Source of the DNA: Octopus sinensis | Taxonomy: Eukaryota | Assembly: GCF_006345805.1 (NCBI RefSeq) | Contig: NC_043017.1 | Location: forward strand, 22,506,001 to 22,570,000 | DNA length: 64,000 bases | Reading direction: 5' to 3' | In this document: piece after piece, positions 11,861 through 24,144 of the stretch | Layout of the letters: each line of letters opens with the position of its first letter | Numbering within the stretch: the first letter of the stretch is position 1 | The notes under the pieces: model-generated | What the model saw: the letters and a program-made list of their open reading frames with translations, nothing else | What the model was told of the DNA's origin: nothing | Databases searched by the model: none | Position numbers and translations under genes: made by a program

Positions 11861-13489
11861 CCCAGAAAGATGAAAGACAAAATTGACCTTGACACTATTT
11901 AAATTTAGAACATAGATGATTGTAACTAAATACTGGTCCTGTTTAGGCTTTGCCAATTCAAACTTCTTATGCTGATAGGGTACAAAACAAGCATCTAAAT
12001 AATTGACCATTTTCACCCTATCATTGACATTGTCCACAGCTAAGATATTTCACTTGAAATTGCCAAGTCCATCTAGGTATAAGTAGGCACCACAAAGGGA
12101 TGTTATGTGATGTGTTAATTGACAATTGCACTGTAGAAAAAAAAACAACCAAATTTTCCTAAGCTATACCCACCATCTTACATGTGGTAAGCTCACATTA
12201 AAGATTGTAATGCTACATACCCCTAAAAAGGAATGTATGGTTAGTCCACATAAGGAGGTTAGGACCAGTTTCCCAGTTTCTCTGGTGTAAATATTCCTTC
12301 CAGGATGGGATACCAGGATTACTCATATTTACCAGCTGAGGGGACTGGAGCAAAATGAAATGAAGTGTTTTGCTCAAGAACACAACACATTGCCCTGTCC
12401 AGGAAGTGAAACCACAATCTTATGCTCAGAGTCCAAAACCCTAACCACTAAGTTAAGCACCTCCATAAAAAAAAAAGATGTGGTTGTCTCTATTATTGAG
12501 GAAGGCTCGAAATTGCATTTGTCCCTCTGGCCAATAACTAATGAGGATTTGGCAACCTTCTGTGTCTGTTTTCCATTTGTTTGTGCATTTATTACAGGTT
12601 TTTAAACTTCTTGTTTAATGGAAGTCCACAAACTCTTATTTTGTTTACAATAAGTGTTTTTATATTTTTGTACATCTTTTCTTTATTTTCTCTTCGTTTC
12701 TTTCCCTTTCACTCCCCTCTCTCTCTCTCTCTCTCTCTCCTTCTCCCATTCTCTCTTTACACTTCTTCTGTGCTGCTATCTGTTCCTGCCTTTGCTTTCC
12801 CTCTCCCTTCCCTCTCTGCTCTCTGTCTCTCTCTACCCTCTACCACTTTTCTCCCTCCTACTACTAACATGTGACCAGTGGTCATTGTCATCCTCATTAT
12901 TCCCTTTCCCTTTTTATGCCAACTGCCAAAGCAACTGGTCGTATTTTCTCATCTCCCACTTTCAACATACTTTGCTGTCTCTCTGTTGTCCTCCTGTTTA
13001 TAATCCTGAAGGATATCCCTCCTGGCGTTAACCACATTTTCATCTCCTGCCTGGCCCTAAGGCCACATTCAGTTTATTCATTCCAGTTTGTTCGTATGTC
13101 CACATTTCATCTTAGTCCCTCATCTGTCCACCAACAGTCTCATCTTGAATCACATTTATTTCAGCATTATATGTCCACTTTCTGTATTGCATATTTGTTT
13201 ATTTTCTGTTCACTTTCTGTCAGATTTGTAATTTCTTGCAGCCAGCATCACCAGAGGAGATCAGTATTATCAATGAAGGGGAAAATTTGTATTTGACACT
13301 CTGGCCAATAACTGGTGAGGATTTGGTGGCCTTTTGTGTCTGTTTTCTGTTTGTTTGTGCATTTATATAAGTTTTTTTAACTTATTATAGGAGGCCCAAA
13401 ATTCTGAGCTCTTTTACGGGGCTTAGAAAAACTGAAGGACCACTGCAATAAGTGTGTGAATCTGACAGGGGAATATGTTGAATAAAATC

Positions 13490-13885
13490 GGCTGAGTGGT
13501 AAGTAGCTTGTTTACCAACCACATGGTTCCAGGTTCAGTCCCACTGCGTGGCAACTTGGGCAAGTGTCTTCTACTATAGCCTCGGGCTGACCAAAGCCTT
13601 GTGAGTGGATTTGGTAGACGGAAACTGAAAGAAGTCTGTCGTATATATGTATATATATATATATATGCATGTGTGTGTTTGTGTATCTGTGTTTGTCCCC
13701 CTAGCATTGCTTGACTGTCGATGCTGGTGTGTTTATGTCTCCGTTACTTAACGGTTCGGCAAAAGAGACCGATAGAATAAGTACTGGGCTTACAAAAGAA
13801 TAAGTCCCGGGGTCGAGTTGCTCGATTAAAGGCGGTGCTCCAGCATGGCCACAGTCAAATGACTGAAAAGAGTAAAAGAGGAAGA
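13490..13885 (+). mobile_element. SINE family A, near full length
   Basis: ggctgagtggtaagtagc...ggttcagtcccactgcgtgg...gagtaaaagag. Confidence 0.85.
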
Positions 13886-15908
13886 GAGAGTAACTGATCC
13901 TCCTGTATTTTCTTTTACCCAAAGCCAGAAACTTTTCAGCATCACCTCGTATGTTTGTATTTTAACAAAATACAAATGCCTCGTATGTTCATGCGGAAGC
14001 TTTTAGGAACCAGTGTTTAGTTAGCTCTAGTTGAGTGGCATTAATCTACTGACATATAAATTTCATCCTGGATAGAAGGCCAATCTTCCACAAGCAATAT
14101 GCTCAGAAGCATTTATTTCATAAGAGATTAACTGATGCTCATAAAATCACACACTTATTAAAATTTTCTGCTTCAAGAATATGAGGAATATAAATCACCA
14201 TGGGAATATTTATGCCCATCAGTTAAGCAGCAAATTCGGAAGCAAAATCTTCTCTCAAATAATTTTCTTCTAATCCTAAGTGCTAACGCAATACATTCTG
14301 AATTCTAATCCATCCAACAACATGACATAAAGATCACAATTACAGAACCAATCAAACAATGAAATGTTAGTAAAATTTAGTCAATAGTCTTAAAAGTAGT
14401 TTAGTATTAAAGTGCCAGTTTAGATTTTCTAATTGATAATATCACCATCAGAATAGACATTTAGTATCTGCATTGTCTTAAAATTCACTGTATCTCTCAG
14501 TGGTCAATGGAATATATATTGGCAATAAAATATGTAAAGGTTAAGCTAATACTGTATCTAATTTCAGCTGTTAAACTGGTTATTCCCATGCTGAAGTATG
14601 ATCAATTGTAGATATCTAGACCAGCTGACAACAATAAAATCACATGCAGATATGAAAATAGCCTTTCTACTATAGGCACAGGCCAGAAATTTTAGTAGGT
14701 GGTGGGGTCCAGCTGATACCTATTTCTTTACTACCCACAAGGGGCTAAACACTGAGGAGACAAGTTTTAAAAAAAAAGTCCTGGGGTCGATCTCTTCAAG
14801 GTGGCGCTCCAGCATGGCCACAGTCAACTGACTGAAACAAGTAACAGAATAAAAAAATAATTACAGAAATATAACATTGGGATTATTCAGACAGCAAATG
14901 GCTTTGAGAGTCCATCCGAGCAAAATCAGAATCAAAGGAGTCCCATAGTTACGAAATAGTTGGGAAACACTGATCCAGACTTTGGTTACACAATAGTGCT
15001 TCATTGAGTGGTTGTTTGTTTGTTTTTTTTATTTTTCAAAATTTATATTTTCTTCACCTAAAAGATTTCTATCTGGAATTTAACATCAAGTGCCAAAACT
15101 TGTCTTCATATCTGTCTCTGTTAATGATTTTTATTTCTCATAGAAACAAGTTAAAACACTACATGTGTGTATGTGTGAGTGAGTGTATGTGTGTGTAATA
15201 ATCCAAGAAGTTTGATAGATTTCTACTCGTTTCATTTTATTGCAGCTATTTCTTTCATCAATGTGTCACCATCAGACATTCATGAAATGAAATCTGCACC
15301 TATTACACAACTAAGCAGCTCTTTCTGTCAAATTTATATATAAATATATTTCTTTGGCTTTCTCTGAGAGAGAGAGAGAGAGAGAGACCAAGATTCTCAA
15401 AGTGCAGTGTGAGGAACATGACATGTTTTACAATATTACAGTACAAAAGTGTGTTTGCTAGTGTGTGTGTGTGTGTGTGTTGGAAGTTGAGAGAATATAA
15501 ATTAAAGTAAAAAAAAATTTTATGGAGAAAATTTTTGATAAATGTCATTTTATGATTTCAATTCTCCAAATGGAATTATTTGAATGACAAGTGTAAAACA
15601 GAATCATTTGAACATAGAAAGGTGGAAAAACTGCCAAGGAAAGAAAATAAAGAAACAAGTAAATGCATTTAAAATAAGCCAGCTATAGTGCAATGGTTTC
15701 TGCTGACAAGTTTACTTGTCAACATTTCCCACTGACTCTGACATAGCTGATACAAAATGCTACAATAAATAGGATCTTCTTTCACTCTTCCTACAAAAAT
15801 TTATCTCTTGCTAAATCCCGAATTGGGATGCTGTTTATTCAAGATCAACAGGTTGGTTTAACATTAAATTGTTGAACAAACACCAGTAGCATAGCAATGA
15901 TAGTTTTA

Positions 15909-15961
<53 letters not shown>

Positions 15962-15965
15962 TATA

Positions 15966-16380
15966 TGATAAAAAAAGGTGATAACAAAAGAATGAGACCT
16001 CGATCTTAGGTAAATAGAGGATATTTATATATGTATAGTTTAGGACAATCAGTAAGTTATTGTAATAGTGCTCAGAGTTTCAAATGCTGGAGCATTTTTA
16101 TAACATCTATTACCATTAATAGATGATGGGAATGCATCATAGCTCTTAGATCCAGCATTTGAAACTCTGAGTACTATTATGACAACTTACTGATTATCCT
16201 AAACTATATATGATGCATTCCCATCATCTATTAATGGTAATAGATGTTATAAAAATGCTCCAGCATTTGAAACTCTGAGCACTATTACAATAACTTACTG
16301 ATTGTCCTAAACTATACATATATAAATATCCTCTATTTACCTAAGATCGAGGTCTCATTCTTTTGTTATCACCTTTTTTT

Positions 16381-16384
<4 letters not shown>
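15966..16384. repeat. 176-bp perfect inverted repeat in (TA)n; the spacer is a diverged partial third copy
   Basis: 15966-16141 is the reverse complement of 16209-16384. Spacer 16151-16208 matches 16258-16315 with 5 differences in 58 nt. Confidence 0.9.
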
Positions 16385-16414
<30 letters not shown>

Positions 16415-16417
<3 letters not shown>

Positions 16418-16800
16418 TAATCAATTTAGGGTAGCAAAAAATTCAGTAAAAATTTATTGCTACCAGCGGCCTAGTGGAAAAGAGAAAATAGTCAAAGACT
16501 AAATATATATAAATATAACAATTTAGGAATGGCCTAAACAGGCCATTCGTCCACCAGAAAGAGCAGCCAGAACTCAAACCGCCAAGTAGTGCAATTCGGA
16601 AATAAGGTGAAAATTTAAAAACGTTTACCCTAATTCATCTTTTATACGATGCATCGTTTCGGTGATGCATCGTATAAAAGATGAATTAGGGTAAACGTTT
16701 TTAAATTTTCACCTTATTTCCGAATTGCACTACTTGGCGGTTTGAGTTCTGGCTGCTCTTTCTGGTGGACGAATGGCCTGTTTAGGCCATTCCTAAATTG

Positions 16801-16806
<6 letters not shown>
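16415..16806. mobile_element. Palindromic PLE-type insertion in (TA)n
   Basis: Arms 16514-16655 and 16664-16805 are perfect inverses; 8-nt spacer gtttcggt; extra tail of about 95 nt on the left only; minus strand centre reads GAAAC-GAUGCAUC-GUA. Confidence 0.75.
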
Positions 16807-16848
<42 letters not shown>

Positions 16849-17104
16849 GGGTTTGTATGATTGTGTATAGAGGGATATATACTATTCAAAGGAATTCCAA
16901 CTCTGTTTTTTTATGTTTTATTTATATTCTTTATAATATTAATGTAGAATATAGAATATATAGTATAAATAATATATATATAGTAAAATTAAATGAAGTA
17001 TTGATTGTCTTATTGAATAGATGAAATATTGAATATCAAATATTAAGGGACTAGTATACTTTCTTGCATTTAAGCAGTCTTCAATATATATATATATATA
17101 TATA

Positions 17105-17311
17105 CAATTGCAGTGTGGAAGGTGTGTTTATAAGCCATTTAAGAAACACACAAAACCATTAGATTCACTTCAACATTTAAATTCAATTTGTCAAAATATT
17201 TTTGTCGCTTTGATACCACGACCTGTTCACTGACAAAACTTTGTACTGCAGTGACAAGAAATGCAGTACAAAGTTTTGCAAGTCACTCGCTATGCAAGTA
17301 CATCTCCGTAA
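17105..17311. mobile_element. PLE-type pLTR remnant, family E, inverted structure in (TA)n
   Basis: Starts at caattg as does the copy at 1055; hammerhead fold on minus at 17187-17237; 17-bp hairpin at the junction; ends acatctccgtaa(TA)n. Confidence 0.75.
17187..17237 (-). ncRNA. Hammerhead ribozyme-like motif (G3-C8 core), G12A inactivated
   Basis: UUUGUCA-GUGAACA-G-GUCGU-gguaucaaa-GCGAC-AAAA-AUAUUU-UGACAAA; 7-bp stem I and 5-bp stem II, but GAAA has become AAAA. Confidence 0.6.
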
Positions 17312-17964
17312 TATATATATATATATTTATATAAACATGAATTTCTCTTCAAACTTTTCATGTCACCAACACATCTTTATTAGGTCTTACAGTTTGAACA
17401 TAATGATATTGTTTTTTTTGTTGTTTTTTTTTATTTTGTACATTAAACCAAAAAAAAATCTTCTTTCAATGTAACTATTGAAATTTTGAAGTTATTTGGT
17501 CATTACATAATATCTTTTAGCTTTTATTTGTTTCAGTCATTAGACTGCAGCCATGCTGGGGCACCACCTTGAGGAATTTTAATCGGGCCTAGTACATAAT
17601 TTCTTTTTAAGCCTTGTACTTATTTTATTGATCTCTTTTACTGAACTGCTAATGTTGCAGGGCAATTCAGGCCTAGTCACAAGATTGTCAAGGGAGACTG
17701 AGAGAAAAGCATTGGTGGGTGGATGCATACAGCAATATAGGAAGGAAACATAGTAAATACTGAGCAGGGATATATTTGATAGATAGTAAATATGAGGCGG
17801 GGGGACAATAAGAATGATAGACAGATGTTAGGATTAACACACATAAATACACACATATCCAATAGCATAATTTGGTGGAGTGAGGTGGGGTAATGGAGGC
17901 AGTCTGCCTGGTGCAATGTTTTTTATGGGCGCAACACTTTTGGGTTCACTATATAAGCTTGTAT

Positions 17965-18170
17965 AAGCTGGCAGAAACGTTAGCGCGCCGGACGAAATGC
18001 TTAGCGGTATTTCATCTGTCGTTACGTTCTGAGTTCAAATTCCACCAAGGTCGACTTTGCCTTTCATCCTTTCGGGGTCGATAAATAAAGTACCAGTAAT
18101 TGACTTAATCCCTTTGCCTATCCTTGTTTGTCTCCTCTATGTTTAGCCCCTTGTGGGTAGTAAAGAAATA
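17965..18170 (+). mobile_element. tRNA-derived SINE family B, near full length
   Basis: agctggcagaaacgttagc...gagttcaaattcc...gtcgactttgcctttcatcctttcggggtcgataaa...gtaaagaaata. Confidence 0.85.
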
Positions 18171-19747
18171 TATATAAGCTTGTATAGGGTGGGAACAGAA
18201 AACTCAAGGGTTACCCAGATGGCACACATTTCAGGAACACCATTACTCCTACCCAAAATACTTACATATCTTTAGACCTAGTTTCCAAACTAAGTGCAGA
18301 GACATTCCACAGACTATAAATTTAGTAGGTCTGCATTAACAAGATTTAGATCAGAACTATAAACTGAAGCGATTGCTTTTGTTTGTTTTTTTACTTATTA
18401 GATAAAGCAGAGATCAAATATTTCAATAAGGAGTGTTGCTCAAAATGTTTGTCTCTATTTTATCTTACAACACATCATTGCATACTGTTATAATTTATAA
18501 CTTTCCTTCTGTTTATAGCCTTCGTTTATAGTCGTATTTTAAATAATAAATGTTTATATGATAAATGTTCCAATATACACTGTGTGTATATTAGAAAATC
18601 TGAGATAAATTTACTGTTGGTATGCTTACTGCTTCAATAAATTATAAACCTTGCTGTAAAAATGTAAACAAATATACATTTTATTATTTTCTTTGCACAC
18701 AGAAGAAATACATAGGATGGTATTATGTGTTTCACAGCTAATGGGTTATTCTCCAGAGGACTAATTTGTGATCAGAGAGTGAGGGTACTTGTATTCTGGA
18801 GAATGGCTAATAACTGTAAAACATGCAAAGATTTTTCTGTGTACAAAGGGAATATTAAATGTTTTACATTTGTTTACTATTTCACAACAAGGTTCATAAT
18901 TTAAACAGCAGATACACTTGCACTAAATTTATTTCAGTCGTATTTTAGCCCTTGTTTACCAAATTTCGGGTTGACCAAGGAAACAAGCTTATCAAGATTA
19001 AACTTATAATGAAGAAACTTATTAAGACCAAACAAAAATGTTTAATTAAAAAAATCACAGGTTATACCATGCTGATGATTTCTAAAAAGAATGAAATGTT
19101 TATTGACATGATTAGAACCAACTAGGAATTTTAAGAACCTTGTAATAAGTAGACACAAAATAAATTACATTGTGAATTCTATGCATCTCCTCCCTTAAAT
19201 TTCTTTAATTTCAAACTGAGTTTTCTAATCCCACCAAAATATGGGAAAATCATTATCTCCCTCGTAACAACTATGTCTACTGGAAGGAAACACATGTTTG
19301 AATATGGAAAACATTTTCAAGATAAAATCTAGAATCCTAGGAAACTGGTAATGGTTTGCATTGTCAACAATTTGATTACTTACAGGCTAAGCAATACCAC
19401 TTTCACAATCTTCTGCACTCAGACTTAGAGAGGAAGAGTCAAAAATGTCACCTCACAGTAGTTGAAGTTATTTAACTCTACCAAAATCTACTACATAAAA
19501 TATGACCATACGTTGACCACTATGTTTCATCTCATAAATTCTCTGCCAGTTTTTATTCGTTCTTAGCTTGATCTCCTAGTAAGGTGATCCTTGCTGCTAC
19601 AATCAATCTATATGGTAATTATACATTCATCAGGGCTTCTTTAGACAACCCTATTTTTCATTCTCCCAATGGTCTCAGACTTGCAAACATGGATTCTATT
19701 GGTGACTATCTCTGTGTTGGTCAAACAATTTTAGAGAACTGGTTTGA

Positions 19748-19974
19748 CCCTTCGGCATTCAGACTACTCTCAGATGTAATGCTTATTTACTCATTATATT
19801 ATTCACATTTGTATTAGTTACGTATTATCTTATAGCTCTGAGATTTTGATAATGTACAGTAATTGTTTATTTTTAGAATGACATTGTAGGGTAGGTAAGA
19901 GAGGCCAGATCTGATTGGTGTGTGCATGAAACAAAATATTTGAGCCAGATATGACAGGTTTAAATGCTAAAGGG
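19748..19974 (+). mobile_element. piggyBac-type MITE, degenerate
   Basis: Ends cccttcggca and tgctaaaggg are imperfect TIRs with CCC/GGG termini; flanks ttga and tttc are decayed TTAA. Confidence 0.5.
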
Positions 19975-20359
19975 TTTCAGCTATTTTTATTCCATGTCAT
20001 TTGGAAGAAAAAATTAACCTATGAGCAACTGCATGGTGATCCCCCCCACCCCGGTTGATCAACCAGATAGTAGGGAGTTCCTAATAATGACTACTGGTGA
20101 ACTCAGGACCTTGATGATACAAGGGGATATGCGGTGTGTCTGTCATCATGGACACACATGCGAAGTTGTAGTTGATAGATGATGGGAATAATGTTGCAAC
20201 TTACGATAAGGAAGAGGAGGACAATGACAACTGTGATGATGGTGGTGATGACATTGGAGATGATGCAGATGATGGTGGTGATGATATTGGTAATGATGAT
20301 GATGAAATTATTTTAGTATTTATATAAAATAAAATTAACAGGTTAATTTACTAGTTCTG

Positions 20360-20697
20360 AGACCCCCTTCGGTCACAACACAGACCATGGGATTGCACCT
20401 AGAAAGTTACCCTCCCAGGCACAAGTCCGGGCAAGGTTGTTTACGGAAGACCAGCAGTCACTCATGCATACCGGCCTCCCCTCTCCATGCCACCACTGTT
20501 ATCCAAGGGAAAGGCAAAGGCCAATACAGCTTGGCACCTGTGATATCGCAACTCATTTCTACACCTGAGTGAACTGGAGCAACGTGAAATAAAGTGCCTT
20601 GCTCAAGAACACAACACGCAGCCCGGTCCAGGATTCAAACTCACAACCTCACGATCATAAGCTCGATGCTCTAACCACTGAGCCATGCACCTTCACA
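20360..20697 (-). mobile_element. tRNA-derived SINE family D
   Basis: Minus strand gtgaaggtgcatggctcagtggttagagc...gtttgaatcc...tgtgttcttgagcaaggcactt; related copy at 57255-57625. Confidence 0.8.
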
Positions 20698-21594
20698 ATT
20701 TACTAGCACCATAATAATATATCTCAAATGGTTCAGAAATATAAAGGAAAATTGAATGAGTGGGTTTAGGCAGCTGGATTACTGATTATTAGATTTTTCT
20801 TAAGATGGAAACCTTGTTATAGTCATTGATTTTTACTCAGAGACAAGGTATGTTAATCAGGCTGTGACTGCTAATGCATGATTAAGAGATGACCAGCAAG
20901 AACTGACCATCCAACTGTAAAACAAATTCCTCAAGAAAAAAACAAAAAAGAAATATTTAGCTAATGCACAATTTTGTAAAACAAAAAAAAATCCTTCTTA
21001 TTAATTCTATCGTTAATATTGATGTAATTAATTACATATTCACGTTGTCATAATTGATATTTTGATATCTAATTAATGGCAAAATTTAAATGAGGAGTGC
21101 ATTATCTGGAACAAAAAAAGAGTAAGTCAGTTACGCTTGTGACAACCAGGTCAACAGTTCAAATCCAGCATTTATTATAGACATCTTCCTCATTGTTTTT
21201 TTTATTTTTAACCCTTTTAAAACCAACTCATCTAAAATTGCTCTCGTTTCTATGATGCAAAATTTCCCATTTAAAATTTCATAATTAAATTAACACATTC
21301 CAACATAGTTTTATTTAAAATCGTTTTTGCTAACTTACATTTCAAATATTAAATTAATTATGATCAATTAAATTATTTTAATAGATGCCATCAAATTATT
21401 GATAATTTTCAAAATTAATTTCAAGTCATAGATAGTGTTTTCAATTATAAATAAGGGAATTTAGGGTTCAAAGGAATAGGTAAAAAATACCAAAAATAAC
21501 TTTGGAAAGAGAGAGCATGGTGTGAGAGGGAGATAAGGGACAGAGAGATAATGTTTGTGTGTAAGAGAGAGGGAGAAAGAAAGAAAGAGATATT

Positions 21595-21930
21595 ATCTAT
21601 TTCTTTATTACCCACAAGGGTCTAAACACAGAGGAGACAAACAAGGACAGACATAGGTATTAAGTCGATTACATCGACCCCAGTGCATAACTGGTACTTA
21701 ATTTATTGACCCCAAAAGGATGAAAGGCAAAGTCGACCTTGGCGGAATTTGAACTCAGAACGTAACGGCAGACGAAATACCTATTTCTTTACTACCCACA
21801 GGGGCTAAACACAGAGAGGACAAACAAGGACAGACAAACAGATTAAGTAGATTATACTGGCCCCAGTGCGTAACTGGTACTTATTTAATCGACCCCAAAA
21901 GGGTAAAAGGCAAAGTTGACCTCGGCGGAA
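21595..21930 (-). mobile_element. Two tandem SINE family B copies
   Basis: tatttcttta(c/t)tacccaca...acaaacaaggacag... occurs at 21597 and 21782. Confidence 0.8.
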
Positions 21931-22658
21931 TTTGGGCACCCCAGAACTTGATTGGTGCTTTGTTTTATTGCCCAGCGGGAATGAAGGGTAAAGCTAATCT
22001 TGGTAGGATTTGAACCCAGAACGTACCAAGCTGGAACACGCAATGAAATGCATTTTTTTTTCTTTTTTCTGACACTCTAAAGATACTCCTTCTCCGCTGT
22101 CTTCATAATATGAAGAAAAAAAAACACAGAAGAAAAACAAGGAAAAAGATGTTACTACAGTTGGACAGATTTGACTAAAAGTCAATTTAATAACTATATC
22201 ATTATTTATATGGTTTAGATTCATTACCACTGTTATACAGAATGTTTCTGCAATTGAATGCACTGTTGCCAGCCACAACCAGCTAATATTGGCATCTCAA
22301 GAGCAGGGTCTATTAAATATGAAGAAGAGGGTTACATGCTAAACTAAACACAAACTATTGCATTATAAAACATTTCCAATAGCAATCCTGGGAAATATTC
22401 AATAGTTGCAAATACATTCCAAGTGTCGAGTAATTGCTTCCATGAATATCGGATCTATATTCAATAGATAAAAAAAATTAAAAAATGAGCAGAGATGCTT
22501 GATTGATTCTTGACAATAGTATCAGTTTGTTAATGAGTTTAAACATTACATTATATTACTTTGTGAGTGTTGCTTTTTGGGAAAGAAACTTCAAATTAAG
22601 ATGCAATAATGACTAGACAAACAGAACTATATACAATGCAAAAAGCAATATTTCACAG

Positions 22659-22659
<1 letters not shown>

Positions 22660-22690
<31 letters not shown>

Positions 22691-22701
22691 ATATACTATA
22701 C

Positions 22702-22732
<31 letters not shown>

Positions 22733-22749
22733 ATATAAATATACTATAC

Positions 22750-22780
<31 letters not shown>

Positions 22781-22864
22781 AATATACTATACATATATAA
22801 ATATATATTATAAATATACTATACATATATAAATATATATTATAAATATACTATACATATACAA

Positions 22865-22897
<33 letters not shown>

Positions 22898-22903
22898 ATA
22901 TAC

Positions 22904-22939
<36 letters not shown>

Positions 22940-22980
22940 GGTACATATATGAATATACATATATATATACAAACACACAC
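22660..22980. repeat. (TA)n-derived minisatellite
   Basis: Recurring atactatacatatataaatatata unit of about 30 bp among TA runs. Confidence 0.85.
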
Positions 22981-23688
22981 ACACACATATATATATACAG
23001 AGAGAGAGAGAGAGCCTCCTTATGCCTTCTTGGATTTTTAATTATTTGATTCATTTTTAAATAAAGAACAAAATTTGTTGCTTGAGGAGATGTGAATACG
23101 TGGAAACTGCAAGTAGTAATGCAAAACGCATGACTGAATCCATTAAATAGATGTGTGTGTGTGTGCATGAGACTGAGTGAGTGTGTGCATACATGTGTAC
23201 AAGAAAAGATCTATTTTTCTTTAAATTTCCACTTTATAACGAGTAATTTTCTTAGAAAAATAATAGCTATTGGTAAAGTGACAATTCTTAAAGAGTCTTT
23301 AACAAAGCGACAGTACTAAAACATGGATTCAAACATAACTGTTGTTTACTCTGCAGAGAGATTCATTCTCTTTCCAATAGGCTTTTATGAAGCCCCCATG
23401 GGACAACAATAATGTTTTCTTTCCATTTTTAATGTTTTAAATATACATGAATAATGTAGATATTCCTTTAAATTTAGTCACTGGCAAATATATGAGCTTT
23501 CTTTGTATGCTCTTCAAACAATTTAAAGCCAATTTCATGGTCACAGCAGGGAACAACCTTATAAATCCATACTCCATCCTCAGTCATAATTGTGTCTGTT
23601 TGGATAGAAAAATGGATGCCTTTATCAATATGAGTATCTGTGAGAAATGATATATATATATATATATATACATATATATAATATTATA

Positions 23689-23921
23689 TTATATTAAGGG
23701 CATTACTATACATAAATGCATCATGCTAGGAGGGACTCTTAAAGTCAAAACTTTAAGTTTTGACTTTAAGAGTCCCTCCTAGCATGATGCATTTATGTAT
23801 AGTAATGCCCTTAATATAAATAAATATATTTAAGAGAAATAATTTATGGATTTTTCCCTTATGAGGTTTTTCATGCTAACCACTTGATAAATTCTTATAA
23901 AGATTTTATCCTATTTTTCAA
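23689..23921. mobile_element. Palindromic insertion in (TA)n with one-sided tail (PLE-type)
   Basis: Perfect 65-bp arms 23689-23753 and 23755-23819, 1-nt spacer, about 100 nt extra on the right before TA. Confidence 0.65.
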
Positions 23922-23929
23922 TATATATA

Positions 23930-24030
23930 TCTCTATATATATATAAAACTGAGAATGTGTGTGTGTGTGTCTGTCTGTCTGTCTGTTTCCCTAAAACTTG
24001 AGAACTACACAACCAATTTCATTCAAATGG
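23930..24030 (+). mobile_element. Helitron-type non-autonomous 5' fragment
   Basis: tctatatatatataaaactgagaa, then tgtc repeats and ctacacaaccaatttcattcaaa. Confidence 0.45.
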
Positions 24031-24144
24031 CAAAGCAGATGTTAAATGATGATGATGAGGATATGTATATCCATACACACATATTACATAAATTTATTAT
24101 ATATATATATATATATCCATACACACATATTACATGAATATATA

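Noticed and set aside
13490-13560. tRNA-like A/B boxes in SINE heads (many copies)
   Set aside because: No complete cloverleaf; each continues into SINE body, so none is called a tRNA gene.
19584-19817. 77-aa plus ORF
   Set aside because: Its 3' part runs into a MITE and no domain is recognised.
20178-20325. Asp/Gly-rich open frame (DDGGDDIGDD...)
   Set aside because: Explained by decayed (GAT)n/(GGT)n microsatellite; no start or donor support.
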